DNA of 42,907 nucleotides. Source: a bacterium. GTDB lineage: Bacteria; Zhuqueibacterota; Zhuqueibacteria; Oceanimicrobiales; Oceanimicrobiaceae. The notes beneath the pieces are model-generated. The model worked only from the letters and a program-made list of their open reading frames with translations, was not told where the DNA came from and made no database searches. Positions 1 through 8,810 of the stretch are shown piece by piece. Both the position numbers and the translations under genes were made by a program. Where the stretch lies: NCBI GenBank assembly GCA_046757525.1, contig JBHHYI010000013.1, positions 1 through 42,907 on the forward strand, written 5' to 3'. How positions within the stretch are numbered: the stretch's first letter is position 1; the number at the start of each line of letters is the position of its first letter.

Positions 1-40
1 CAGGTATTCCCGTTGCGCAAAATCACGCTTTGAGGCGCAG

Positions 41-570
41 CCCGTCACCCCTCGATATGGTCACTTGAACAACAGTGACCTTCTCGGGATGACTCGCACG
101 TTGCTTTTAGGAGACGCTCTCTTGTACGTAACGCAATCGTCTCGATTGCAAAAGCGTTTCCGATCGTTAAAGCAATTCCGATGCGTATGCGTCGGAATTG
201 TGGGGGCTTTTAGGAAACGCCTTGCTGTCGCCGTCCTTATATTACAGCCTCCAGTGTCATTCAGGAGGAATCTTGTTGGCTGGCTGCACAGTGCTGACTT
301 GTAACAAGATGCCTCCTGCATGACAAGGCTCCTTTGACGTTTCCGACATTTAAAGCAATCTGGTTGTACCGGATTGTGCGAGCTCTTAGGAAACGCTCCT
401 CTGGAGCGGAATCATAGTTCTTTTTCTTGAGCACCAAGGTAGTCGTCCTGAGTAGTCCCGACGCTTTTTATCGGGACGCATCGAAGGGCGACGGCCGTCA
501 CCCCTCGAAGCGGTCACTTGAGAAGCAGCGACCTACTCGGGATGACTCACAAATTGCTCTCTGGAAACGC
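41..570 (+). repeat. Modular palindromic (REP/MITE-like) repeat array: partial module X (41-107), Z (108-210), Y (211-386), X (387-560), joined by (T/C)(A/T)GGAAACGC-type junctions
   Basis: 41-117 is repeated at ~495-570. Junction motif at 108 (TAGGAGACGC), 211, 387 and 561 (CTGGAAACGC). Internal hairpin TGTCATTCAGGAGGAATCTTGTT...AACAAGATGCCTCCTGCATGACA at 255-325. Modules X and Y recur inverted at 8462-8810. Confidence 0.85.
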
Positions 571-625
571 CTGGAATAACGTTGCAGAAATTTAAGGCAA
601 CATTTGTTTATGGCACCCTTTAACA

Positions 626-657
626 AACGGTAACCTTCTCAAAGAAGGTCACCGTTG
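626..657. terminator. Stem-loop downstream of the secreted-protein gene (possible terminator)
   Basis: AACGGTAACCTTCT-caa-AGAAGGTCACCGTT inverted repeat with one mismatch, ~120 nt past the stop at 774. The U-tract is weak. Confidence 0.4.
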
Positions 658-773
658 AAGGCCATTCTCCCTTTGAAGGGAGACAGAATTTCGCTCGTGC
701 AGAGCGAAAATCAGAGAGATGTCTGGCCACGTGGGTCCTCGCCTACTTCGGCCAACTCTGATGATGTGCTACG

Positions 774-2756
774 CTACTGCACCAAAATCATTTTCTTGGT
801 CGCAACAAAAGCACCCGATTGCAGTCGGTAGAGGTAGACACCAGAAGTCACATGGCGGCCGTTCCTGTCGGTGCCGTCCCACCTTACCGTGTAAAAACCC
901 GGCGCTTGTTCCTTGTCAACCAGGGTTTGGACTTCCTCGCCCAGCAAATTGTATATTTTCAGAGTCGTTTGCTTCTTAACCCCGTTTTGGTCGGGCCTGG
1001 TGGCGATCTGGTATTGAATCTCGGTGGACGGATTAAACGGATTGGGATAGTTTTGATGCAACGCAAAGGCTTGTGGCACCCCAACCACGGCCGTCACCAC
1101 GCCGGAATAATCGAACGCACCACCCACATCGATCTGCTTCAAACGATAGTCGTAGCTGCCTGGCCGCAGATTACGGTCGAAATATTCGTAGTGGGCAGGC
1201 ACCGCGGTGGTACCCCTGCCTTTAAGAAAAGCAATTTTTGTCCATTCCCCGATGCTCTGACTCCTTCGCTCCACATCAAAGCCAAAATTGTTGGTTTCTG
1301 TGGCGGTGACCCACACGAGGTGGACATCGTTGTTTTCCACGGTGCCTGTGAACGAAGCCAATTCCACGGGCACGGGTTCACTTTGTGAAATAGCAACGAC
1401 CTGCAAGGGGTTTCTCTCAAAATTAGCCACCTGGGCGCCGATATCGCTCGGCTGGCTGCTGGCCAGAAAATACCCCTTATACTTGAGCGTGAAAGGCGGC
1501 GTGATTCCGTTGGTGATTAAAATCCCAGAGTCCCCGAAGGACATCTTATCTCCGGTGTCCCCTCCAACGTCGGAGGCGTCATCTGCATAATAGAGCTCGC
1601 GGGCGCCACCCACGGTGTCCGCTAAGGGAAACAGATGAACAATGGTGCCCTGGGTACCAACGATTTGAATCCAGTTGTTGTTGGGCAACTGATCGTCAAT
1701 AGTGCGCACGGGTCCCGAAGATTCAGGGATGCCGTCGATGGTGAACCCCGGCGCCGGATTGTTGGCGCTGGTGAAAATCATGTTGGTCGCGTTGGCATTG
1801 AGATCGACGGAAATGCGCCCGTTTGAGACCGAAGCGCCCTGTAATTCCGGAATCGCGATGTCAATCGAGGCTGAGTAGGGGAAGTAGAAGGCAGGCGGTG
1901 TACTAAAGGCTAAATTCAAGGAACCTAAAATGCCGAGATCAATTCTGAGGGTCGCTTCCAACTCCTTTATCACTCTGACCAGACCATCTTTGGCGCGGAC
2001 AGAATCCGACTCCGACTCCAAAAACATGATGTTTTCTTCATTAATCTTGACAGAAATAACCAACTTGGCATCGGATCGGAATTTTATGATATCCAGAATA
2101 TCCTCTCCACTTCCACCCGCGGATTGCGGAATGATCAAGTCCTTGGGAAAACCGTTGGTGTAATGCGCCATCTCATAAAACTTCGATCTCACCGTGTCTT
2201 CTCCAACGTTGGTGGTCATGGAAGGGAAATAATCAACATAATCGGTGAGATTAGGGTCGAGGGTCAAAGTGGTCGATTTGTACAAATAGACCCAGCCCTG
2301 CTTGGTGGCATCCAGGGGGTCGGTCACGCGGAGCTCGAAACGACTGAAGCTCTTTGAATTCGCATCATCGATCCAGGTGTTGGTCTGGTCGCCGGCATCT
2401 TTGGCCATGAAAACCAGCTCGTCATTCTCGTCTAAGAGTCCATCATCCGGAAAGAAGAAGCTGGTCTCGGTGACCCCACTATCGTTAACCTTCTCCCCGA
2501 CCTCGTCGAATTGAAATGAAATCTGTTGCCAGCTTTGTGTACTGGCACGATAGGCATAAAGGAAAAGGTCGTTTTCCTGGTCATTTATGGCGGTACCAAT
2601 GAATTCCGGAAATGTGAATCCCCTGATGACCACGGGCTCCAAATTCCGGTCCAGCGTTCTAATTCCGTCTTGAGCAAAAAGCAGCGAAGTGGTTCCAACA
2701 AAATACAACAAAACAACAGCAGATCTGCTAATGGCATAGCATCGTTGTAAGAACAT
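774..2756 (-). CDS. Secreted protein with T9SS-type-A/FlgD-Ig-like C-terminal sorting domain
   Basis: N-terminal signal peptide (…LLFAQD), a PVELASF…TATETNNFGFDVER Ig-like module, and C-terminal QNYPNPFNPST…IYNLLG…SGVYLYRL…KKMILVQ. GGAGG RBS upstream. Confidence 0.85.
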   Translation of the reverse strand: MFLQRCYAISRSAVVLLYFVGTTSLLFAQDGIRTLDRNLEPVVIRGFTFPEFIGTAINDQENDLFLYAYRASTQSWQQISFQFDEVGEKVNDSGVTETSFFFPDDGLLDENDELVFMAKDAGDQTNTWIDDANSKSFSRFELRVTDPLDATKQGWVYLYKSTTLTLDPNLTDYVDYFPSMTTNVGEDTVRSKFYEMAHYTNGFPKDLIIPQSAGGSGEDILDIIKFRSDAKLVISVKINEENIMFLESESDSVRAKDGLVRVIKELEATLRIDLGILGSLNLAFSTPPAFYFPYSASIDIAIPELQGASVSNGRISVDLNANATNMIFTSANNPAPGFTIDGIPESSGPVRTIDDQLPNNNWIQIVGTQGTIVHLFPLADTVGGARELYYADDASDVGGDTGDKMSFGDSGILITNGITPPFTLKYKGYFLASSQPSDIGAQVANFERNPLQVVAISQSEPVPVELASFTGTVENNDVHLVWVTATETNNFGFDVERRSQSIGEWTKIAFLKGRGTTAVPAHYEYFDRNLRPGSYDYRLKQIDVGGAFDYSGVVTAVVGVPQAFALHQNYPNPFNPSTEIQYQIATRPDQNGVKKQTTLKIYNLLGEEVQTLVDKEQAPGFYTVRWDGTDRNGRHVTSGVYLYRLQSGAFVATKKMILVQ

Positions 2757-2830
2757 GATTCCACCCTCCCCTTTGCTGGTGGTTTACTGTTTGGAGTGAC
2801 GTTTTTTGGTAAGAACTGCGGGAAACCGTA

Positions 2831-3169
2831 TCAATTAAAGCTTTCCACCGCCTCGTTTACACTGTTAAACGTCTCAAAAATTGTAATCAATTTGGTGATC
2901 ATAAAAAGGCTTTGCACCTTTTCTGTCACATTGGCCAATTTTAGTTCCCCGCCGTTATTCCGGAGCGTCGTCATCGCGCCCATGAGCGCACCCAGGCCGG
3001 TACTGTTCATCCATTTGACCCTGGCCAAATCGATGACGACCTTCTTGACGTTGTTCTCGACCAGTTCCTTGACCTTATCATGAATGGCGGTAGTCTCCGA
3101 CCCCCCCATGAGTTTTCCCTTCAACACCATCACAGCGACGTCGCCACGCATTTCATCTTTAAGTGCCAT
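2831..3169 (-). CDS. STAS-domain anti-sigma-factor antagonist
   Basis: VVIDLARVKWMNSTGLGAL motif with the phosphorylatable Ser. AAGGAGG RBS favours the ATG at 3169. Confidence 0.92.
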   Translation of the reverse strand: MALKDEMRGDVAVMVLKGKLMGGSETTAIHDKVKELVENNVKKVVIDLARVKWMNSTGLGALMGAMTTLRNNGGELKLANVTEKVQSLFMITKLITIFETFNSVNEAVESFN

Positions 3170-3225
3170 ACGCAAACCTCCTTAAATACAAAAGGCGTTC
3201 ATCGAAGTTGAAATAATTTGAAGCC

Positions 3226-3254
3226 AATGTAACATATTTTTTTTAATATGTCAA
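3226..3254 (-). promoter_or_regulatory. Sigma-70-type promoter for the STAS gene
   Basis: TTGACA-17 nt-TACATT with a TG extended -10 on the minus strand. Confidence 0.7.
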
Positions 3255-3273
3255 CAGAATTTTGTCAGGACGC

Positions 3274-4617
3274 TCAAAACCTCAAATTGAAGACCGTCTT
3301 CTCATGAGGCACCGATTGCACGGTGATCGTGCCCCTGTGCAAGCGCATGATCTGACGGGCCAAACTGAGACCGATGCCCGTGCCCGCAGGTTTGGTGGTA
3401 AAAAAGGGGATGAATATCTTGTCCAAAGCTTCTTTTTCAATGCCCGGACCTTTATCTGCCACTTCAATCATGACATGCCCGCGCTCGTCCAGGTAGGCAC
3501 GGATGCCGATCCAGGGTTCAGGCTGGTCTCTCACCGCGTGAATGGCGTTCAGAACCAGATTGATGAGGACCTGCTCAATCAATTCCCGGTCAGCGGTCAA
3601 TTCCAAAGATTCGGGCTGGACCTGAAATTCACACCGGATGCTGTTCTGGGCAAATTGGTGCTGAAAAAAGGACTGCAGATGCTGGAAAAGCTCGCGAACG
3701 GGAATGATCTGAAATTTTGGTTTGGGAATCTTGGAAAGGTTTCGAAACGAATCGACAAAATGCAGCAAACCGTTGCTGCGCTTGCTTATGGTCTGCACCG
3801 CGGCTTGAATGTCGCCAAAGAGCTCCTCACCCACACCATTTTGGGCCTCTGGTTTGTCCAGCAATGCCTCAATGGTTGCCGACAGGGAGGCAATAGGCGT
3901 GATGGAGTTCATTATTTCGTGTGTGAGCACGCGTATGAGGTTTTGCCAGGCCTCCAACTCTTTCTCTTCCAATTCGCTTTGGATGTTCTGAATTGAAATC
4001 ATGGTATACCTGTGATCCTTCATGCGAAATTCCGTGGCATAGATGGCCAATTGCAGCAATTCGTGTTTGTCAGCCAACTTGACAATTCTCTTTTGACCGG
4101 ACTCGAGGCCTAACAAAATCTTCACAAGGTGCTCCCCAAATTCTCTCTCCAAAGCGTGCACATTCTTGAGGTGGGAGATGTTGAAGATTCTCTTAGCAGC
4201 GGTATTGATGAGCTCCACGTCGCCATTTTCAGTGAAGACAACCAAGCCAATGCCCACGTGCTGCACCACGGTCTGCAAATAGCGGTAATGTTCTTCCTTC
4301 AGCGCCCTGATTTTTCTGAACTCACCCATGACTTCCGCAAACGCTGCGCGCAAACGCGCCGCAGAAGATCTGCCGCGGGCGGTAAAACTCTCCGAAAAAT
4401 CCTCATGCTTGATGCAAAGCAGAAAACGGGTCAAATCCCTTTCGGTCTTTTCTACAAAGTGAATGAGGGCGTACACCTGGTAAACCCCGGAGGCGGCCAC
4501 GATAGAAATCGTGACATAAAAGCTGCTGTTGAACCACAGGTAAAAAAGGAGGAAAATCGTAGCGCTGAGAATGATGACGCGAACCAGGCAGATCAGACGG
4601 AAGCGGCTATAAACCAT
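3274..4617 (-). CDS. Membrane sensor histidine kinase (NtrY-like, PAS-like region)
   Basis: Two N-terminal TM segments, H-box LTHEIMNS, N-box QVLINLVLNA, G-boxes DKGPGI and GTGIGL. Confidence 0.93.
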   Translation of the reverse strand: MVYSRFRLICLVRVIILSATIFLLFYLWFNSSFYVTISIVAASGVYQVYALIHFVEKTERDLTRFLLCIKHEDFSESFTARGRSSAARLRAAFAEVMGEFRKIRALKEEHYRYLQTVVQHVGIGLVVFTENGDVELINTAAKRIFNISHLKNVHALEREFGEHLVKILLGLESGQKRIVKLADKHELLQLAIYATEFRMKDHRYTMISIQNIQSELEEKELEAWQNLIRVLTHEIMNSITPIASLSATIEALLDKPEAQNGVGEELFGDIQAAVQTISKRSNGLLHFVDSFRNLSKIPKPKFQIIPVRELFQHLQSFFQHQFAQNSIRCEFQVQPESLELTADRELIEQVLINLVLNAIHAVRDQPEPWIGIRAYLDERGHVMIEVADKGPGIEKEALDKIFIPFFTTKPAGTGIGLSLARQIMRLHRGTITVQSVPHEKTVFNLRF

Positions 4618-5983
4618 ATTTTTCTAATCTTCGATAAAGTGAAGTTCTTGTTAACCCTAACTCCTCGGCGGCCCGACTGATGTTTCCCTCATGTTTGCCC
4701 AGCGCCTTCTGAATCACCGCTCGTTCCACGTCTTCCAAATTCAATGATTCCAACGCAAGGCCATCTCCAAACATTTCCGGTGCAGGCAGGAAAAAGTCAG
4801 AGGGCTGCAAGACCCGGTTGTCGCTCATAATCGTGGCGCGTTCAATGGCATGCCGAAGTTCCCGCACATTGCCGGGCCAGGTGTGACGCTGGAGTTTCTT
4901 CAACGTGGCAGCGCTCACACGCTTCAGCGGCTTGTTGTACTTTTTCAGATACATTTGCAAGAAATGGTTGACGAGCAACGGAATGTCGTCTTTGCGTTCT
5001 CTGAGAGGGGGTAGTTGAATCTCGACGGTGTTGATTCGATACAACAGGTCCTGTCGAAATTCCCGCAGCGCAACTTTTTCCCGCAAGGGCATGTTGGTGG
5101 CGCAAATCAAGCGAATGTCCACCGGACGGGCCACGTTGGAACCCAGGCGGGTCACGCGCCGCGTTTCAAGCGTGCTGAGCAGCTTGGCCTGATTGGACAG
5201 CGAGAGGTTGCCGATTTCGTCCAGGAACAGCGTGCCCCGGGAAGCGACCTCGAAGCGACCGGCCCGGTCTTCCTTGGCATCCGTGAAGGCGCCCTTGACA
5301 TATCCGAACATCTCGCTTTCAAACAGATGCTCACTCAACGCCCCGATGTCCACGCTGACGAAGACCTCCTCGGCTCGCAAGGATTTTCTGTGGATGGCCC
5401 GGGCCACCAGTTCCTTGCCCGTGCCGTTCTCCCCCAACACCAAAACATTGGCGTCGGTTTTCGCCACTTTCTCGATCGTGTCAAAAACCCGCTGCATTTC
5501 GTGACAGGTCCCGATGAAACTCTGATAGGCATGATCCAAATCCGCGCTCAGTTGTTTTTGGCGCGATCGCATTTCATCCAATTGGAATTGGCTGAAGCGC
5601 AGTTTTAGTGCTGCGTTAAGGGTGGCGACCAGTTTCTCGTTTTGCCACGGTTTGACCACAAAATCGGTGGCACCGATCTTGATTGCTCGCACAGCCTTGT
5701 CCACATCGCCGAACGCTGTGATCAGGATTACCACCGCTGATGGATCGATCCGCAAAATTCTTTCCAGCCACTCGAATCCCTCTTCGCCGGTAATGGTGTC
5801 CCGAGTAAAATTCATGTCCAACAGGATGACATCGTAGTTTTCGCCTTTTAACCGAAGGGGGATTCTCTCCGGATTCTTTTCGGTGTGCACCAGTTTGAAG
5901 TGCTGTTTAAGCAACAGGCGGGCCGCCACCAGCACATCTTCGTCATCGTCCACGACCAGGATTTTTCCGACTTTGCTCTGCAT
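4607..5983 (-). CDS. Sigma-54-dependent response regulator (NtrC family)
   Basis: Receiver domain (VVDDDED…LLDMN…KPW), Walker A GENGTGKE, GAFTDA loop, FLDEIG, WPGNVREL and a Fis-type HTH. Overlaps the kinase start. Confidence 0.95.
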   Translation of the reverse strand: MQSKVGKILVVDDDEDVLVAARLLLKQHFKLVHTEKNPERIPLRLKGENYDVILLDMNFTRDTITGEEGFEWLERILRIDPSAVVILITAFGDVDKAVRAIKIGATDFVVKPWQNEKLVATLNAALKLRFSQFQLDEMRSRQKQLSADLDHAYQSFIGTCHEMQRVFDTIEKVAKTDANVLVLGENGTGKELVARAIHRKSLRAEEVFVSVDIGALSEHLFESEMFGYVKGAFTDAKEDRAGRFEVASRGTLFLDEIGNLSLSNQAKLLSTLETRRVTRLGSNVARPVDIRLICATNMPLREKVALREFRQDLLYRINTVEIQLPPLRERKDDIPLLVNHFLQMYLKKYNKPLKRVSAATLKKLQRHTWPGNVRELRHAIERATIMSDNRVLQPSDFFLPAPEMFGDGLALESLNLEDVERAVIQKALGKHEGNISRAAEELGLTRTSLYRRLEKYGL

Positions 5984-5992
5984 CGCTGACTA

Positions 5993-6658
5993 TTATCCTT
6001 TTTCGATCCTGCCATCCAACAAGTTGATGATCTTGTCGCCATAGGAGGCGTTTTTCTCCGAATGCGTCACCTGAATGATGGTGGTGCCTTCCTGGTTTAA
6101 CTTCTTGAACATTTCCATGATTTCTTCACCTTGACTGGAATTCAGATTGCCCGTGGGCTCATCGGCCAGGATCAGCTTGGGGTTGATGATGACCGCTCGG
6201 GCGATGCCCACGATTTGCTGTTGCCCGCCAGACAATTGGCTGGGGAATAGATCCTTCTTGCCCACGATTTGAAATCGGTCTAACGTGTCACACACCATGC
6301 CTTTGCGTTCCGCACTTTTGACTTTCTTGTACAGCAACGGAGTTTCCAGGTTCTCGTAAACGGTGAGCTCATCGATGAGGTGATAGCTTTGGAAGACAAA
6401 CCCGATGTTCTGCGAATGCAGCGCCGAACGTTTTCTCTCGTTTAACCTGTGCACTTCCTGGCCATTGAAATAATACTCGCCCATGGAAGGGTCGTCCAAC
6501 ATACCGATGATGTGCAGCAAGGTGGATTTTCCAGCACCGGACGGCCCCATAATCGTGACAAACTCCCCTGCTGCAACCTCAAGATTGATGTCCCGCAATA
6601 CGTAGACCCTGCCGTAACCGGTTTTGTAGTATTTAACGATGTGTTTCAATTGGATCAT
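5993..6658 (-). CDS. ABC transporter ATP-binding protein (MacB/LolD-type)
   Basis: [25 protein letters not shown] and H-loop VTH. The start may be at 6658 (GGAG RBS) or 6670. Confidence 0.93.
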   Translation of the reverse strand: MIQLKHIVKYYKTGYGRVYVLRDINLEVAAGEFVTIMGPSGAGKSTLLHIIGMLDDPSMGEYYFNGQEVHRLNERKRSALHSQNIGFVFQSYHLIDELTVYENLETPLLYKKVKSAERKGMVCDTLDRFQIVGKKDLFPSQLSGGQQQIVGIARAVIINPKLILADEPTGNLNSSQGEEIMEMFKKLNQEGTTIIQVTHSEKNASYGDKIINLLDGRIEKG

Positions 6659-6712
6659 AAGGCTCTCCATGCGAAATTCTCAAAAGACTCTTCCAGCACA
6701 CACGGGATTCTA

Positions 6713-6727
6713 ACAACAATCGTACCA
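6713..6727 (-). promoter_or_regulatory. Putative sigma-54 (-24/-12) promoter
   Basis: TGGTACGATTGTTGT resembles TGGCAC-N5-TTGC and lies upstream of an operon encoding a sigma-54 activator. Confidence 0.55.
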
Positions 6728-6802
6728 GGCCTGTTTCTTAAAAGCTTATATCGCGTTAACAAAACCAGATATGAGAGGAGTATCCGCTGACAATACACGG
6801 GG

Positions 6803-6818
6803 TGTACGATTACGAACA
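6803..6818. promoter_or_regulatory. Putative enhancer (UAS) palindrome for the sigma-54 activator
   Basis: TGTACG-ATTA-CGAACA near-palindrome ~80 bp upstream of the -24 element. Confidence 0.45.
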
Positions 6819-6867
6819 GTTGTTGAAACTAACTTTTGGTTGGCTTGATTTGGAGAAGAGGGCCAAT

Positions 6868-6898
6868 AAAAAAGGCACGGACCGAATGGACCGTGCCT
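6868..6898 (-). terminator. Rho-independent terminator
   Basis: AGGCACGG-loop-CCGTGCCT stem followed by a T-run on the minus strand. Confidence 0.75.
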
Positions 6899-6964
6899 AC
6901 TCCTCCTTCCCCCCTTATCCCAAGAACTTTTCTTTCCATTAAACCGGTTGACCAAACGTAAAAC

Positions 6965-6992
6965 AATATAACCGAAAAGTTGAAAATGTCAA
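6965..6992 (-). promoter_or_regulatory. Sigma-70-type promoter facing the terminator (possible sRNA promoter)
   Basis: TTGACA-16 nt-TATATT (or 18 nt-TATTGT) on the minus strand. Confidence 0.5.
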
Positions 6993-7041
6993 GTAGATTT
7001 TCAAATTTTTGGCTGCGCGGTCCAACCCGCCGACCAACGGA

Positions 7042-8283
7042 CTAAAAACCCACTTGCAGCGTCACATAGGCCCAAAATCCCAGGTCGTCATTGAAAGAGA
7101 ATCTTGCTTCCATCAAATCGCCAGGAATAAAAAAAGCCAAACCGAAAACAAACGACGCCACCGCGTTGTATTTGTAATTCACGATCAAATCCAACTCATT
7201 GCCAAAATTCTTCTCATCGCCTTTGGCCGCAGCAAAATTGTGGAAATGCCCGTTGAAGTTCCATTTGTTGGCAAAGGGCACCTTTGCCTTGATCATGAAA
7301 TCCCGCAGTCCGAGGCCGTTGGTGTTCACAGGGACATTGACAAAATAGTCCATGAAGCCGTAAAACTTGTGGTTGGTGGCAAACATCGTATCAAAGGCTT
7401 TGTAATTGTCGTCTCCAGGATTCATGCCTGAAAGGTAGTCCAAGCCGACGCGCAGACTTGGTTTGACCGCGGACTGAAAGGTGTAGCCAACGGACCCTGT
7501 GAGCATAAAAGCAGACACATCCTGACCCCGTCGCTTGCCAAATTGCAAGGCAATCTCGCTTTCGAAATCAAAATTGGTGGAGAAGCCTCCTTTGCCGTAG
7601 CCGCCAATGGTGACTCTATTCAGGTCGTTGTCGCCAGGTATGGTTTCGTTCAAATTCGATTGGTAAAAACCATAGACGTCCAGGATGTATTTGGGATTGC
7701 TGCGATATTGGTAATAAGCGCCGAACAGATCGTTGTCCTGGTTTTCTCGACCAGCCACCGATAAGGGCGTGGCAGCCCCTGCTACCGGCGTATTGCTCTC
7801 GTTGATGATCATGCCAAACAGGTCCAGGGTGTTCTCCTTGCCCAAAGTCCATTTGATGCCGTCAAAAGACCGGCCTACATTGCTCCAGCCCACGGCGCCG
7901 ATCAGCCGTTCGTTGCCATAAACCAATTCCTGACGCCCCACTTTGAGTCGAATGGAGCGATGCCACAAACTGTCGATGACAAAGAACGCCTGGTGCAGGT
8001 CCAAATTCGAGGTGTTAGTCAGTGTGCTGGATTCCCGGCCAAATGCGCGGGAGTCCTGCACCTGCATGTAAACCTCGATGTTTCTCCAGGGTTGCACCCG
8101 GGCGCCAAACCGGGTTCTCAGCAAAGTAAAGGTGTTTAGATCTGTGTCGCTGTCGAAATCCCTGCCGTCTGCTTCGCTGCGCATGCGAATTTGCCCATCG
8201 AATTTGATCGGCAGCTCTTGTGTTTGTGCCTTCAACTCCCCCACAAGCGCAATTCCTAAAAGCAGTAAGAAACATTTGTACAT
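7042..8283 (-). CDS. Alginate export family (AlgE-like) outer-membrane beta-barrel porin
   Basis: Signal peptide; QVQDSR, LHQAF, GRQELVYGNERLIG…GRSFDG and TNHKFYGFMDYF motifs; amphipathic strands; C-terminal Phe. Confidence 0.85.
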   Translation of the reverse strand: MYKCFLLLLGIALVGELKAQTQELPIKFDGQIRMRSEADGRDFDSDTDLNTFTLLRTRFGARVQPWRNIEVYMQVQDSRAFGRESSTLTNTSNLDLHQAFFVIDSLWHRSIRLKVGRQELVYGNERLIGAVGWSNVGRSFDGIKWTLGKENTLDLFGMIINESNTPVAGAATPLSVAGRENQDNDLFGAYYQYRSNPKYILDVYGFYQSNLNETIPGDNDLNRVTIGGYGKGGFSTNFDFESEIALQFGKRRGQDVSAFMLTGSVGYTFQSAVKPSLRVGLDYLSGMNPGDDNYKAFDTMFATNHKFYGFMDYFVNVPVNTNGLGLRDFMIKAKVPFANKWNFNGHFHNFAAAKGDEKNFGNELDLIVNYKYNAVASFVFGLAFFIPGDLMEARFSFNDDLGFWAYVTLQVGF

Positions 8284-8461
8284 AAGCAGACCCCATGAGT
8301 TTGTTTGCCCGACTGCAAAAGATCCATTTTGTGATTAACGGCGTCATGAATGTTTGCTTTGGATTTGTAAACAGAGATGCGCACCTCCTTGCAAAAACGC
8401 CTGCGCCAATCTCGCCATGACGGTTAATTTGAATGACGTGAGGATTTCCATTCCACACCCT

Positions 8462-8810
8462 CTAAAAAGCCCCCGCAATCCGGTGCAACCGCATTGCTTT
8501 AAATGCTGGAAACGCCAAAGGCAGCCCTGTCATGCAGGAGGCACCTGTTACAGCTTCGCACTGTGCAGCCAGCCAACAAGATTCCTCCGGAATGACACTT
8601 GAGGCTGTAATAAAGGACGGCGAGAGCGTGGCGTTTCCAGAGAACACTGTGTGAGTCATCCCGAGTAGGTCACCGCTGTTCAGGTGACCGTATCGAGGGG
8701 TGACGGGCTTCGATACGTCCCGACCCAAAAGCGGTCGGTACTACTCAGGACGACTACCTTTGTGCTCAAAGAAAAGCGACTGTCAGTCCGCTCAAAAGGA
8801 GCGTTTCCTA
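8462..8810 (-). repeat. Second copy of the modular palindromic array (module X 8810-8641, then module Y 8640-8465)
   Basis: The reverse complement matches 387-570 and 211-389. It begins at the TAG stop codon of the napB-like gene. Perfect 12-bp inverted repeat CTGGAAACGCCA (8506-8517) / TGGCGTTTCCAG (8629-8640). Confidence 0.85.

Noticed and set aside
61..321. ORFs 61-321, 65-304, 8354-8602 and 8462-8728 with mutually similar translations
   Set aside because: The similarity comes from the non-coding repeat modules; there is no RBS or protein-like signature.
41..570. CRISPR array interpretation of the recurring GGAAACGC junctions
   Set aside because: The shared word is only ~10 bp, intervals are 100-175 bp and themselves repeated and palindromic, and there are no cas genes.
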